Below, piece after piece: positions 19,679 through 29,359 of a stretch of 60,666 nt of DNA. The position numbers and the translations under genes were made by a program. The DNA is from Candidatus Saganbacteria bacterium (lineage in GTDB: Bacteria; Margulisbacteria; WOR-1; O2-12-FULL-45-9; XYB2-FULL-48-7): contig JAFGHC010000027.1 of assembly GCA_016939335.1 (NCBI GenBank), positions 1 through 60,666 on the forward strand, read 5' to 3'. Each line of letters begins with the position of its first letter. Position 1 is the first letter of the stretch. The notes beneath the pieces are model-generated. The model saw only the letters and a program-made list of their open reading frames with translations. It did not search any database and was not told the origin of the DNA.

Positions 19679-20214
19679 CAACACGTCCGCTAGAAACCTT
19701 TAAGTGACCGGCGGACTACGACACGGTCCGACTGCGCCGGACCTACAACTAACAACTTCCGGAGGCGTTAGCGTGTCCTTCAGATTCCTAGATTTCCCGG
19801 TCTACAAAGAAATCAAAAAATACATTGGAGATGTTTACTCGCTCTCCTCAAATTTCCCCAAAGACGAACAATTTGGCTTAACCAATCAATTGCGCCGGGC
19901 CGCGACCTCGATCGCCCTGAATTTGGCCGAAGGATCGGACCGGGGTTCGGACCAAGACTTTAAACGCTTCATCCAAATGGCCATTGGGTCGGTGAACGAA
20001 ACGGTCGCAGTTTTAGATATTGCTCTTGAAATGGGCTTCATTAGCCAAGAAAATTACGCTATAATAATAAAGAAAGCTGAAAGCATTGTTAAGCAATTAT
20101 CCGGTTTTCGGCAATCTTTAAAAGGCCGTTAGTTGTTAGTTGTAGCGAGGCCGCCGCAGGCGGACGAGCGTGTCGTAAGTTGTCAGTCGTAGTTCGCCGC
20201 AGGCGAACGTGTTG
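19679..20214. mobile_element. IVS-like element: nested inverted repeats enclosing a four-helix-bundle gene
   Basis: Pairs 19743-57/20131-45 (15 bp perfect), 19717-25/20169-77, 19679-86/20207-14, with side hairpins. Confidence 0.7.
19773..20132 (+). CDS. Four helix bundle protein (23S rRNA IVS / TIGR02436-like)
   Basis: F.DFPVY, FPKDEQFGLTNQLRRAATSIALNLAEG, F.RFI.MAIGS..E; GGAGG RBS with GTG start. Confidence 0.92.
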   Translation: MSFRFLDFPVYKEIKKYIGDVYSLSSNFPKDEQFGLTNQLRRAATSIALNLAEGSDRGSDQDFKRFIQMAIGSVNETVAVLDIALEMGFISQENYAIIIKKAESIVKQLSGFRQSLKGR

Positions 20215-20218
20215 ATAC

Positions 20219-20291
20219 GCGGGAGTAGCTCAGTTGGTAGAGCATCACCTTGCCAAGGTGAGGGTCGCCGGTTCGAGCCCGGTCTCCCGCT
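20219..20291 (+). tRNA. tRNA-Gly (GCC), CCA not encoded
   Basis: GCGGGAG acceptor stem, D-arm AGCTCAGTTGGTAGAGC, anticodon loop TTGCCAA, GGTTCGAGCCC T-arm. Confidence 0.97.
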
Positions 20292-20357
20292 TTTAACTTG
20301 TAACTTACGAACTTATAACCAATAACTGAAAGAATAACTGAAAGGGGAAATTTTATT

Positions 20358-21692
20358 ATGGTCAGGTTAGGAGAAGAGTATTTTTTTGTCGGTGAACGGG
20401 CAAAAACAGGAGCACGGATCGAGGCGGTGCACGCCCGCCAGGTCCTCGATTCGCGGGGCAACCCGACCGTTGAGGTTGACGTGGCCCTGAAAGACGGCAC
20501 GCTCGGACGGGCGGCGGTCCCCTCGGGCGCTTCGACCGGCGAGCACGAAGCGCTGGAACTGCGGGACAAGGACGACAAGCGCTACGGCGGAAAGGGAGTC
20601 TATACCGCGGTCAAGAACGTCAATGAAATAATCGCGCCCAAGGTCGTCGGGCTCCCCTCGCACCAGCAGTTGAAGATCGACAACCTGATGCTGGAACTTG
20701 ACGGGACCGAGTTCAAGAGCAAGCTGGGCGCCAACGCGCTGCTCGGCGTCTCTCTCGCGGTCGCCCGGGCGGCTTCAATTTCCTACGGAGTGCCATTATT
20801 TAAGTACATCGGCGGCGATCAGGCCGTCACCCTCCCCGTACCCAACATGAACGTGATGAACGGCGGCGCCCACGCCGGCTGGAACTACGAGCTCCAGGAA
20901 TTCATGATCTCGCCGGCCGGGGCCCAGTCCTACTCCGACGCCTTGCGGATCGGCGCCGAGGTCTATCAGGCCCTGAAAAAGGTACTGAAAGATAAAGGGC
21001 ACCCCACCACCGTCGGCGACGAAGGCGGGTTTGCCCCCAAGCTGACGAAAAACGAGGAAGCGATCCAGGTCATCATCGAAGCGATCGAGCAGGCCGGCTA
21101 TACGCCGGGCCAAGATGTTTATCTCTCGCTTGATCCCGCCTCAAGCGGATTTTACAAAGACGGCAAATACAGCCTGAAGAGCGAAGGCAAAGAGTTTTCG
21201 GCCGGAGAAATGGTCGACATGTATGAGCAATGGGTCGGGAAATACCCAATAATTTCCATCGAGGACGGCCTGGCGGAAGACGACTGGGACGGCTGGAAGA
21301 TCATGACCGAAAGATTGGGGCAAAAGATCCAGCTGGTCGGCGACGATATTTTTGTCACCAACCCGGACTTCCTGAAGAAAGGGATCAAGCAAAAGTGCGG
21401 CAACTCGATCCTGATCAAGCTTAACCAGATCGGGACGCTGTCGGAAACACTCTACACAATGGAAGTCGCCAAAGCGGCCGGCTATACATATATGACCTCG
21501 CACCGGAGCGGCGAGACGGAAGATGCGACGATCGCCGACCTGGCGGTGGCCAGTAACTCCGGCCAGATCAAGACCGGCGCGCCGGCACGGTCGGAGCGGG
21601 TCTGTAAATATAATCAGTTGCTGCGGATCGAAGAAATACTCGGGGCTAAAGCGAAGTATATCGGACTGGCGGGGTTCAACCCGAAAGTCTGA
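20358..21692 (+). CDS. eno: Enolase
   Basis: [48 protein letters not shown]. Confidence 0.98.
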   Translation: MVRLGEEYFFVGERAKTGARIEAVHARQVLDSRGNPTVEVDVALKDGTLGRAAVPSGASTGEHEALELRDKDDKRYGGKGVYTAVKNVNEIIAPKVVGLPSHQQLKIDNLMLELDGTEFKSKLGANALLGVSLAVARAASISYGVPLFKYIGGDQAVTLPVPNMNVMNGGAHAGWNYELQEFMISPAGAQSYSDALRIGAEVYQALKKVLKDKGHPTTVGDEGGFAPKLTKNEEAIQVIIEAIEQAGYTPGQDVYLSLDPASSGFYKDGKYSLKSEGKEFSAGEMVDMYEQWVGKYPIISIEDGLAEDDWDGWKIMTERLGQKIQLVGDDIFVTNPDFLKKGIKQKCGNSILIKLNQIGTLSETLYTMEVAKAAGYTYMTSHRSGETEDATIADLAVASNSGQIKTGAPARSERVCKYNQLLRIEEILGAKAKYIGLAGFNPKV

Positions 21693-22740
21693 CAAGCAAC
21701 CGCAACCTGACCCCGTTCGGGCTGTCCACTTCGAGGCCGGAGTTCGTGGGCGCCAATATTTGCGGCCGGACTTTCCCTTGAAGCGCGCTCCCCTCTCTGG
21801 GCGCCTTCAGCGCCTCTTTTCGCGCTTCCACTTCGCCCTCGAGCCGTGCCAATCGCATTTCGACGACCATCAGTCTTTTGTCCATTCGCCAGGCGGCGCT
21901 TCCTTCCGGCAATTTCCCCTTCTTTCCGGCCAAGCGCTGAAGTTGTTTCCGGGCGGCCCCGATCTCTTTGCCGATCTTGGCCAGATACTTCATGTATTTC
22001 CCCAGATCGCCTTTAACATATCTTCCGCACTTCAGTCTTAAATCGACGTCCTGGATCTCACGCCAAATCACCACATTACTTGAGCGCAGCTGCGCCAGCA
22101 ATGAACGGCTTGTCAGTACTTTTTGGCCGGTCCAGTGGACCATTAGTCCAGTGCTCCCTTCTCTCAGCTTCAAAATACCGCCAGAATGGCGTTCAACCGC
22201 AATAGTTCGGACAATTTCTCCCGGTGATAAGCCAACCAGGGAACGGTCCTGTTCGGCCAGGTCATGCGCCATCCTATTGATTATTCTTATCTGCTCTATG
22301 TCTTTTGCCAGCCCCTTTGCCTTTTGCCCCAGCAACTCTAAACCAAGCTGCAAATCATAACCGCCATTATCTTTAAGCATCTCTCCCGGGGGAATTTCCC
22401 CTTGCCGGATGCCCGATAAAAGCTCGTCTATTTTGGCGCTCATATCATCGACACGTTTGGCAAAAAAATAAAGCTGCCTGCCTGTGAATTTCTCCTGCCC
22501 AAGACGTCCTTCTATCATCACCAGGCTTGTATACATATATGTCAGCAAGACCTGCCCCAGTTGTAAAAAAGTCGGCTGCGCATGCCAGTTGATCGCGCCC
22601 GGCCGGATAATCGGTCCTGTTTGCAGGCGGGGATTTTCCTGGATAATTATCCCCGGCTGTATCCTGGCCCCTGTTCGTATAACTTTGGCTAACGACATGG
22701 ATTTATTATTGATTCCCGGCCCAACTTGTCCGACTGCCAT
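21676..22740 (-). CDS. ORFan behind a sigma28-like promoter, C-terminal coiled coil
   Basis: 354 aa ORF convergent with eno; GAGG RBS; no recognisable family. Confidence 0.65.
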   Translation of the reverse strand: MAVGQVGPGINNKSMSLAKVIRTGARIQPGIIIQENPRLQTGPIIRPGAINWHAQPTFLQLGQVLLTYMYTSLVMIEGRLGQEKFTGRQLYFFAKRVDDMSAKIDELLSGIRQGEIPPGEMLKDNGGYDLQLGLELLGQKAKGLAKDIEQIRIINRMAHDLAEQDRSLVGLSPGEIVRTIAVERHSGGILKLREGSTGLMVHWTGQKVLTSRSLLAQLRSSNVVIWREIQDVDLRLKCGRYVKGDLGKYMKYLAKIGKEIGAARKQLQRLAGKKGKLPEGSAAWRMDKRLMVVEMRLARLEGEVEARKEALKAPREGSALQGKVRPQILAPTNSGLEVDSPNGVRLRLLVRLSG

Positions 22741-22762
22741 TTAAAAAGTTGCCTCAAAATAA

Positions 22763-22789
22763 TTATCTGCCTGGAGAACATTAAATTTC
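22763..22789 (-). promoter_or_regulatory. sigma28/FliA-like promoter
   Basis: GAAATTTA-N11-GCAGATAA. Confidence 0.65.
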
Positions 22790-22902
22790 ACCCAATCCCA
22801 ACTTTTTTCAGATCTTGGGCGTGGAAGCCAAAAGCTGCCGGGCAGAGGGACACCCCGGTTCACCTTTTATCGGTTTAGCTCCAACTATCTGGAAGTTCAC
22901 GG

Positions 22903-23571
22903 CTAACAGAGATGAACAGGGACCGGCGTCCCGGTCGCCGACAAATGCGCGGCGCGATATTGTTCGGCAAAGAGGTCCTTGATCTCGTGCCGGCCGGGAT
23001 TTGCCGGGTCAAGCCGCAGTTCGGGTTCGGCTTTCAGATAGCCAAGGAAATAAGCCAGGTTGGAGACCAGCTGGCGCGGCCCCAGGGGCCCCTCCCGCTC
23101 GTTATAACAGTTCAGATAGATCATTTGCCTCGGCTCATCCATGTGCCGCCATTTCAAAACCGAATGATCGATCAGGGAAAAAGCGAACGGGTGGTTCTCG
23201 GCCCAATCCGCTCCTTCCAGTACACCGTCAACCACAAAACCTCTGACCACCGAACCGTTCTGCCGGTTGTATAGATGCGAGCAAAAGACCAGCGCCCGGC
23301 AAAATCCAGCCAAATCGGCTGACAGTCCTGCCCGATCGATCAATTCCTGCATCTCGACCGGGACCAGCGAAATATCGGTCCTAACAAGAACGCTCTTCTC
23401 TTTCGCCCTAAAACCGGCGCACAGTTCCTGAACGACCTGGAACGAAGGGGCGGAAGTTTCGGTGCCATGTTCAAAACCGAGCAGCGCCCGTTCCACGTGC
23501 GCCTGCCGGCCCAGCCGATAGCGGCCGACGCAGCTGGTCATTAAGCCTAAAGAAAGCGCCCTGAATGCCAT
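22903..23571 (-). CDS. ORFan behind a sigma28-like promoter; degenerate zincin-like C-terminus
   Basis: IYLN ... LAYFLGYL ... HEIKDLFAEQY resembles IYLN..LAHELGH..E.EAD.FA. Confidence 0.55.
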   Translation of the reverse strand: MAFRALSLGLMTSCVGRYRLGRQAHVERALLGFEHGTETSAPSFQVVQELCAGFRAKEKSVLVRTDISLVPVEMQELIDRAGLSADLAGFCRALVFCSHLYNRQNGSVVRGFVVDGVLEGADWAENHPFAFSLIDHSVLKWRHMDEPRQMIYLNCYNEREGPLGPRQLVSNLAYFLGYLKAEPELRLDPANPGRHEIKDLFAEQYRAAHLSATGTPVPVHLC

Positions 23572-23585
23572 GTTAATTCGGGTAT

Positions 23586-23612
23586 CTATCGCCAGAGCCA
23601 GCGGGGAATTTC
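23586..23612 (-). promoter_or_regulatory. sigma28/FliA-like promoter
   Basis: GAAATTCC-N11-GGCGATAG. Confidence 0.6.
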
Positions 23613-23622
23613 AGTTCTGGGA

Positions 23623-24327
23623 TTAGATCCGCAGGGTCGAGGCAAGGAGTTTCTGGGTGTAGGGGTGGCGCGGGGTAGCCAGAACCTCGGCCGGGGGGCC
23701 GAGCTCGACAATCTCCCCTTCCTTCATGACCGCGATCCGGTCGCTCAAATAGCCGATGACTGACAGGTCGTGGGCGATAAAAAGATAGGTCAGCCCGATC
23801 GTCCGCTTCAGCTCTTTTAGCAACATCAATATTTCCGCCTGGACCGAAACGTCAAGCGACGAGACCGGCTCGTCGAGCACGAGGAATTGCGGTCGCGAAG
23901 CGAGGGCGCGGGCGATGCCGACCCGCTGGCGCTCGCCGCCGGAAAGCTCGTGCGGGTAACGCCCGGCGTATCCCTTCGGCAGCCTGACCATTTCCAGCAA
24001 CTCATCGACTTTACTGCCGGTTTTATGAATTTTAATCGGCTCCGCGATCGCTTCACCGACGCGTATTCTCGGGTTAAGCGAGGTCTGCGGGTCCTGGAAA
24101 ACGATCTGGCAATCGCGGCGGAGGTTGTCCAGGCCGTGATAAATGACCGAACCCGAAGTCGGCGCGATCAGCCGCAGGACCAGCCGGGCGAGCGTCGATT
24201 TTCCCGAGCCCGATTCGCCGACCAGGCCGAGCGTTTCGCCCTTAAAGATCCGCAGATCGATCCCGTTGACAGCGGTTAGCGGGCCGAATCTCTTAACGAG
24301 TTTGTTTATTCCGATCAGTTCATTCAC
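23623..24327 (-). CDS. oppF: Oligopeptide ABC transporter ATPase (OppF-like)
   Basis: [29 protein letters not shown]. Confidence 0.88.
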   Translation of the reverse strand: MNELIGINKLVKRFGPLTAVNGIDLRIFKGETLGLVGESGSGKSTLARLVLRLIAPTSGSVIYHGLDNLRRDCQIVFQDPQTSLNPRIRVGEAIAEPIKIHKTGSKVDELLEMVRLPKGYAGRYPHELSGGERQRVGIARALASRPQFLVLDEPVSSLDVSVQAEILMLLKELKRTIGLTYLFIAHDLSVIGYLSDRIAVMKEGEIVELGPPAEVLATPRHPYTQKLLASTLRI

Positions 24328-25123
24328 GGTTAATTATCCTCAAGGCGTCGAGCAGCTTGCGCGTATAGGAAGATTGCGGGCGGGAAAGGACCGCGGCCAC
24401 CGGGCCGGTCTCGACGACAGAGCCTTTGTTAATGACCAGAACGTCCCTGCAGAACGCCTTCACGATGCCGAAATTATGGGTGATAAAAATGACGGACAGG
24501 TTAAACTCCGCCTGCACCTCTTTTAACAGCTGGATGATCTCCAGCTGGATCGTGGTGTCGAGCGCGGTCGTCGGCTCGTCGGCGATCAGGAGCTGCGGCC
24601 GGCAGGCGAGCGCCATGGCGATCATCACCCGCTGGCGCATCCCGCCGGAAAACTGGTGCGGATAGTCATGGGCCCGCCGCTCCGCTTCCTTGATGTGGAC
24701 CGCCTCGAGCCTTTTGACCGCCGCCGCCCAGGCCGCCGCGCGCCCCAGCCCCTGATGCAACCTGACCGCTTCGGCGATCTGCTCGCCGACCGTAAAAACC
24801 GGGTTGAGCGAAGTGAACGGGTCCTGGAAGATCATCGAGATCTTGGCGCCGCGGACGCGGACCATTTCAGCGTCTGATAATTTAAGCAGGTTTTTGCCGT
24901 CAAAAATTATTTCGCCGGACGTGATCCTCCCGGGCGGCGCGATCAATTTCATGAGCGCCAGGGCGATCGTCGATTTGCCGGAGCCGGACTCGCCCGCGAT
25001 GCCAAGCGTGGCCCCCTTGGCCAGGCTAAAGCTGACGTTAGCGACCGCCTTAACGCCCGGATAAACTACCGATAAATTCCCCACAATTAATTGTGGGGAA
25101 TTTTTTAAATTATTGTCTAACAT
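24320..25123 (-). CDS. oppD: Oligopeptide ABC transporter ATPase (OppD-like)
   Basis: [35 protein letters not shown]; start uncertain. Confidence 0.88.
   Translation of the reverse strand: MLDNNLKNSPQLIVGNLSVVYPGVKAVANVSFSLAKGATLGIAGESGSGKSTIALALMKLIAPPGRITSGEIIFDGKNLLKLSDAEMVRVRGAKISMIFQDPFTSLNPVFTVGEQIAEAVRLHQGLGRAAAWAAAVKRLEAVHIKEAERRAHDYPHQFSGGMRQRVMIAMALACRPQLLIADEPTTALDTTIQLEIIQLLKEVQAEFNLSVIFITHNFGIVKAFCRDVLVINKGSVVETGPVAAVLSRPQSSYTRKLLDALRIINRE
25074..25103. repeat. Perfect 30-bp palindrome (REP-like family) in the oppD 5' region
   Basis: aaattccccacaattaattgtggggaattt. Confidence 0.8.
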
Positions 25124-25910
25124 CGAGCTTCTCCCTGATCCCTTCGCCGACAAAATAGAGCGAGAGGACGGTAACGAGGATCAGCAGGCCCGGGATGATC
25201 GCCAGCCAGGGGGCGTCGAACATATAAGCCTGGGAGTCCATCAGCATATTCCCCCAGGAGGCCATCGGCGGCTGGACGCCGAGCCCGAGAAAAGAGAGCG
25301 CCGACTCGGTCAGGATCGCCCCCGCCATCCCCAGCGTGCCGGCCACGATGATCGGCGCCTGGGCGTTGGGCAGGATATGGCGGAAGATGATGCGCCGGTC
25401 CGAACAGCCGATGGCGCGGGCCGCCTCGACGTACTGGAGCTCGCGGATACGCAGGAACTCGCCTCTGACCAGGCGGGCCACTCCCATCCAGGAGGTCAGG
25501 CCGATCACCACCATGACGTTATAAATGTTGGGCGTCAGCATCGCCTGGATCGCCAGGATGAGGAAGATCGAAGGGAACGCCAGCATCACGTCGACAAAGC
25601 GCATGATGACAGAATCGAAGAAGCCCCCATAATAGCCGGCCAGCGAACCGAAGAGCGTGCCGATCACGATCGAGATGAGGACGGCGACCAGTCCGACGGA
25701 AAGCGAAACGCGCGCGCCGAAAAGCGCCCGGCTGAAAAGGTCGCGGCCCAGGTCGTCGGTCCCGAAGAAATGGGAAAATGACGGCGGCAGGGTCTGGCTG
25801 GCCACGATCTCGTCAGGGCCATAGGGCGCGAGCAGCGGCGCCGCAGCCGCCAGCAGGACAAAAATCGCCAGGACCGTCAAACCAAAGATCACCAGTTTAT
25901 TCTTTCCCAT
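25110..25910 (-). CDS. oppC: Oligopeptide ABC permease (OppC-like)
   Basis: FGTDDLGRD, YVEAARAIG EAA motif, ESALSFLGLG. Confidence 0.9.
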   Translation of the reverse strand: MGKNKLVIFGLTVLAIFVLLAAAAPLLAPYGPDEIVASQTLPPSFSHFFGTDDLGRDLFSRALFGARVSLSVGLVAVLISIVIGTLFGSLAGYYGGFFDSVIMRFVDVMLAFPSIFLILAIQAMLTPNIYNVMVVIGLTSWMGVARLVRGEFLRIRELQYVEAARAIGCSDRRIIFRHILPNAQAPIIVAGTLGMAGAILTESALSFLGLGVQPPMASWGNMLMDSQAYMFDAPWLAIIPGLLILVTVLSLYFVGEGIREKLDVRQ

Positions 25911-26808
25911 AGCGTATCCTCGGATCGACCAGAGAGTAGCCAAGGTCGGCCAGCAGATTGGCGATCACGATCAGCAAAGCGGAGAACATGACGATCCCCA
26001 TGATCACCGGATAGTCGCGCTGGAAAATGGACTGCACGCCGAGCCGCCCCATCCCCGGCCAGGCGAAGATCGTCTCGATAATAAAGGCGCCGCCGAAAAG
26101 ATCAGGCAAGGAAAGGCCGAGGATCGTCACGATCGGGATGAGCGCGTTGCGCAGGGCGTGTTTAAAAATTACCACTCTCTCGGGCAAGCCCTTCGCCCGG
26201 GCGGCGCGGATAAAATCCTGGCCCAGCACTTCGAGCATCGCCGAACGCTGGTAACGGGTCAGCCCCGCCAGGTTGCCGAGCGTCATGGTGAGGAGCGGCA
26301 GGATCAGGTTGCCAACCGCCGGGAACCAGTGCAGCTTGACCGAAAATAAGAGCATCAGCATCAGTCCGAGCCAAAACGTCGGCATCGCCATGCCGGTGAA
26401 GGAAAGGAAAGTGACTGTATTATCGAACCAGGAGCCTTTTCTGACGGCGGAAATGACACCCACAGGGATAGTTATGAGCAAAGTGATAAGGAACGCCGGG
26501 ACCATGAGCAACAGCGTGACCGGCAAACGCTGGGCAATTTCGTAAATGACCGGCTGGCCGGTCGTGTAGCTCTGGCCGAAATCGAGCAGGCAGGCGTTCT
26601 TGAGCCAGAGGAAATACTGGATGTAAACCGGCTGGTCAAGCCCCCAGTTCGCCCGCACGCGGGCCAGCTCTTCCGGCCGGACGTTGGGGTCGATAAACAA
26701 GGCGGTCGGGTCGCCCGGCGCCAGGTGCATGACGAAGAAGGAGATGAGCGAAATGCCGATCAGGAGGGGAATAAGCTGAAGCAGCCTTTTGATAAAATAC
26801 TTGCGCAC
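25897..26808 (-). CDS. oppB: Oligopeptide ABC permease (OppB-like)
   Basis: APGDP, ARAKGL, HALRNA, ETIFAWPGMG, DPRIR. Confidence 0.9.
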   Translation of the reverse strand: MRKYFIKRLLQLIPLLIGISLISFFVMHLAPGDPTALFIDPNVRPEELARVRANWGLDQPVYIQYFLWLKNACLLDFGQSYTTGQPVIYEIAQRLPVTLLLMVPAFLITLLITIPVGVISAVRKGSWFDNTVTFLSFTGMAMPTFWLGLMLMLLFSVKLHWFPAVGNLILPLLTMTLGNLAGLTRYQRSAMLEVLGQDFIRAARAKGLPERVVIFKHALRNALIPIVTILGLSLPDLFGGAFIIETIFAWPGMGRLGVQSIFQRDYPVIMGIVMFSALLIVIANLLADLGYSLVDPRIRYGKE

Positions 26809-26831
26809 CGGTTCATTTTAGTATATTAACT

Positions 26832-26858
26832 GAAATTTCTCCACTCCGGCGCCGATAA
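26832..26858 (+). promoter_or_regulatory. sigma28/FliA-like promoter
   Basis: GAAATTTC-N11-GCCGATAA, 6 nt before the GTG start. Confidence 0.75.
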
Positions 26859-26864
26859 TTTTGC

Positions 26865-27806
26865 GTGAGCGAGCTAAGTATTCCACCGCTGTCATATTCT
26901 CATGCCGAGCCTGCCGAGCCGCCCGTAAAAAAGACGGGAGCTGGCAGTGAAAGCCAGGTTCCGCAAAAACCGGTGACGGTCCGGCCAAAAGCCAAGGGCC
27001 TGTTGCAGGGGTTTGGATATTTCAATCCCGGCCTCGGTGCAATGTACGGCGCTTCGATCAATGCCTACGAAAACGCCTTAAATCATCCGGCTTACGGCGA
27101 AATGAAAGCCGAATACTCCCCGACCGTGATCACGGATGACAAGCCGGACCTTTCCTCTGTCTTTCATCACTGGTCTTTTTTTGTCGACCTGGGACAATTC
27201 CGCCTCGGGCACGATTTGAGCAATACTGACCAAACGCTGCTGCTGCGCGAAAGCTACCTGACCGACAACTTCTATCTGACCTACAATATCAGGGAATTAA
27301 CGGTCGAAATGACGAAGCAAAACTACGGCTGGCTCAGCCTTTCGCTCTTGAGTTTCGGGGAAAAAGATAACCCGGTCTTTTTCACCCTCTGGCTCGATTA
27401 TGCTCTGGACCGCTACAACTTTACTTTCAAGGGCTCGAGTTATTCATATTATCCCTACCCCACGCCCGAAAAGGACCTCAATTCCGAGGCCCTGCTCGGT
27501 TCGGGCGGCGGCTGGGGGCACCGGATCGCCGCCGACATCGTTCTGACGAGTTCGGAGGGCCGGCCGGGCCGCGGCGAATTCGCCTGGTTCTTATCGCTGC
27601 AAACGGGCTACAACTTCGGCCAGCTGAGCGATGCCGCCAACGGCTGGCGGAGCCGGTTGTCCGCCTGGACCACCGGCATTTCCTTCGGGGTGCAGTTCAA
27701 TCACACCGGCGCGCAGACAAAATATGTGGATTGTCCCGAGCAGGATACTGGTCACGGACCCGACGGCGACTATTGCGATCTGACCAGGGACTATTACGAC
27801 TATTAG
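26865..27806 (+). CDS. ORFan antisense within the opp operon; aromatic beta-strand-rich (beta-barrel-like)
   Basis: Pro/Ser-rich N-terminus without signal peptide; alternating aromatic strands ending ...GISFGVQF plus an acidic tail. Confidence 0.65.
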   Translation: MSELSIPPLSYSHAEPAEPPVKKTGAGSESQVPQKPVTVRPKAKGLLQGFGYFNPGLGAMYGASINAYENALNHPAYGEMKAEYSPTVITDDKPDLSSVFHHWSFFVDLGQFRLGHDLSNTDQTLLLRESYLTDNFYLTYNIRELTVEMTKQNYGWLSLSLLSFGEKDNPVFFTLWLDYALDRYNFTFKGSSYSYYPYPTPEKDLNSEALLGSGGGWGHRIAADIVLTSSEGRPGRGEFAWFLSLQTGYNFGQLSDAANGWRSRLSAWTTGISFGVQFNHTGAQTKYVDCPEQDTGHGPDGDYCDLTRDYYDY

Positions 27807-27817
27807 GCCGCCCGCCC

Positions 27818-29359
27818 CTACTTTCTGATATAAACCTTCTCGAGATGCAGGAACAACCCCGCCGGCCCGGGCTTTGACAAACCACCCACCCGCTCCCCGA
27901 CACCGGTCACGATCTTCGGGTACCAGAGGAAGATATACGGCTGGTCGGCGGCGATCAGGTCCCAGAGCCGCCGGTAGACCGCCCGCCGCCGGTTTCTGGC
28001 AATGGTCGTCCGCCCCTGCTCCAGCAGCTTGTCGGCTGCGGGATTTTTATACTTTACGAAATTAAACCCTTTCGGATACTGGCTGGAGTGCCAGATCGCA
28101 TAAGCGTCGGGATCGAGCCCGAGCGACCAGCCCATGATCACCGCCTCAAAATCTTTGGGATCTTTCGGCGCGTTGACGATCTTGAGCAGGGCCGACCATT
28201 CAAGGACGCGGACATTGACCTTGACGCCGACCTTTTTGTATTGCTGCTGGAGGATGACCGCCGCTTTTTCCCGCTCTTTATTCCCCTGGTTGACGAGAAT
28301 GGTGAACTCGAGATTCTCTTTGCCCGCCTCTTTCAACAGGCGTCTGGCCTTCTCCGGATCGTAATCATATTTCGGCACCCGGTCGGAATACGCCCAGGAG
28401 ACCGGGGCCGACGGGGCGTAGGCCGGTGAAGCGAGTCCCCGGAAGATCAGGCCGACCAGCTGTTTCTTGTCGGTGGCGTAAGCCAGCGCCTGCCGGACGC
28501 GCCGGTCGGCGAACTTGGGATTGGCCAGATTGAAACCAAGGTAAGTGTAGAGCAGCGCGTCATATTCATAAACGTTGACCCCTCTGGCCGCCTTCATCCG
28601 CGTGTAGTCTTTGGGCGGGATGTCGGCCTCGTCGATCTCGCCGGCCTCCAGGGCGACCAGGCGCGAATTCGCGTCCGGGATCTCTTTGTAAACGATCTGT
28701 TTGAGAAGCGGTTTGCCCAAATAGTAGCCGGAATTGCGCTCGACCGTCACGCGGTCGCCGGCGCGCCACTCCTTGAAGATGAACGGCCCGGTGCCGACGG
28801 GGCGGCGGTTAAACCTGGCCCTGTTAATGTCTTTATCGGCCAGCAAATGTTTGGGGATAATGCCGATCCCCGCGTTGATCAGGAACGGAGCGAACGGCTG
28901 CGGCAGGAGCGCCTGGACGGTGTGCCGATCAACGACGCGGAACTCGATCGGCTTGCCGTCGATGATGAAATCGCTCCGGCGGACGGAGTTGACCTTGGGG
29001 TTAAGGATCGAATCAAAAGTGAATTTGACGTCCGCAGCCGTAAATGGAACGCCGTCATGCCACCTGACATTTTTGCGCAGATGGAAAGTCCAGGTTTTGC
29101 CATCCGGAGAAACCGCCCAGCGCTCCGCCAGGTCGGGGACCATCTCCAGCTTTTCGTTAACGGTCACCAGCCCGCTGAAGATCGCGCCTTCGACCGCCGA
29201 GGAAACGCTGTCGGTGGAGAGGATCGGGTTGAGGACGGAGACTTCGCCCCCGAGGCTGAAGCGAAGGGCTCCCTCAGGATCAGGGAGTGACAGGGAGTGG
29301 CAGGGATGAGCAAGGATGAGCAGGGAAAACATTAAAACTATGCTTTTTGCCCTGGACAT
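27818..29359 (-). CDS. oppA: Oligopeptide ABC substrate-binding protein (OppA/AppA-like)
   Basis: PDLAE.W.VS.DGKTWTFHLR....WHDG.PFTA.DV, PVGTGPF, D.RVRQAL; start adjusted to MSRAK. Confidence 0.9.
   Translation of the reverse strand: MSRAKSIVLMFSLLILAHPCHSLSLPDPEGALRFSLGGEVSVLNPILSTDSVSSAVEGAIFSGLVTVNEKLEMVPDLAERWAVSPDGKTWTFHLRKNVRWHDGVPFTAADVKFTFDSILNPKVNSVRRSDFIIDGKPIEFRVVDRHTVQALLPQPFAPFLINAGIGIIPKHLLADKDINRARFNRRPVGTGPFIFKEWRAGDRVTVERNSGYYLGKPLLKQIVYKEIPDANSRLVALEAGEIDEADIPPKDYTRMKAARGVNVYEYDALLYTYLGFNLANPKFADRRVRQALAYATDKKQLVGLIFRGLASPAYAPSAPVSWAYSDRVPKYDYDPEKARRLLKEAGKENLEFTILVNQGNKEREKAAVILQQQYKKVGVKVNVRVLEWSALLKIVNAPKDPKDFEAVIMGWSLGLDPDAYAIWHSSQYPKGFNFVKYKNPAADKLLEQGRTTIARNRRRAVYRRLWDLIAADQPYIFLWYPKIVTGVGERVGGLSKPGPAGLFLHLEKVYIRK

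Noticed and set aside
19773-20132. Diversity-generating retroelement (Avd-like gene)
   Set aside because: No reverse transcriptase and no TR/VR pair with adenine-specific mismatches. The 36531/39239 duplicate differs at mixed bases, many synonymous.
22867-22898. Extra sigma28-like site (ACCGATAA with GAACTTCC); also 60578-60604
   Set aside because: Spacing is 16 rather than 11 in the first, and the -10 box is poor in the second.
20219-23612. tRNA-Gly as an island attachment site
   Set aside because: No duplicated tRNA 3' end or integrase was seen, and eno follows directly.
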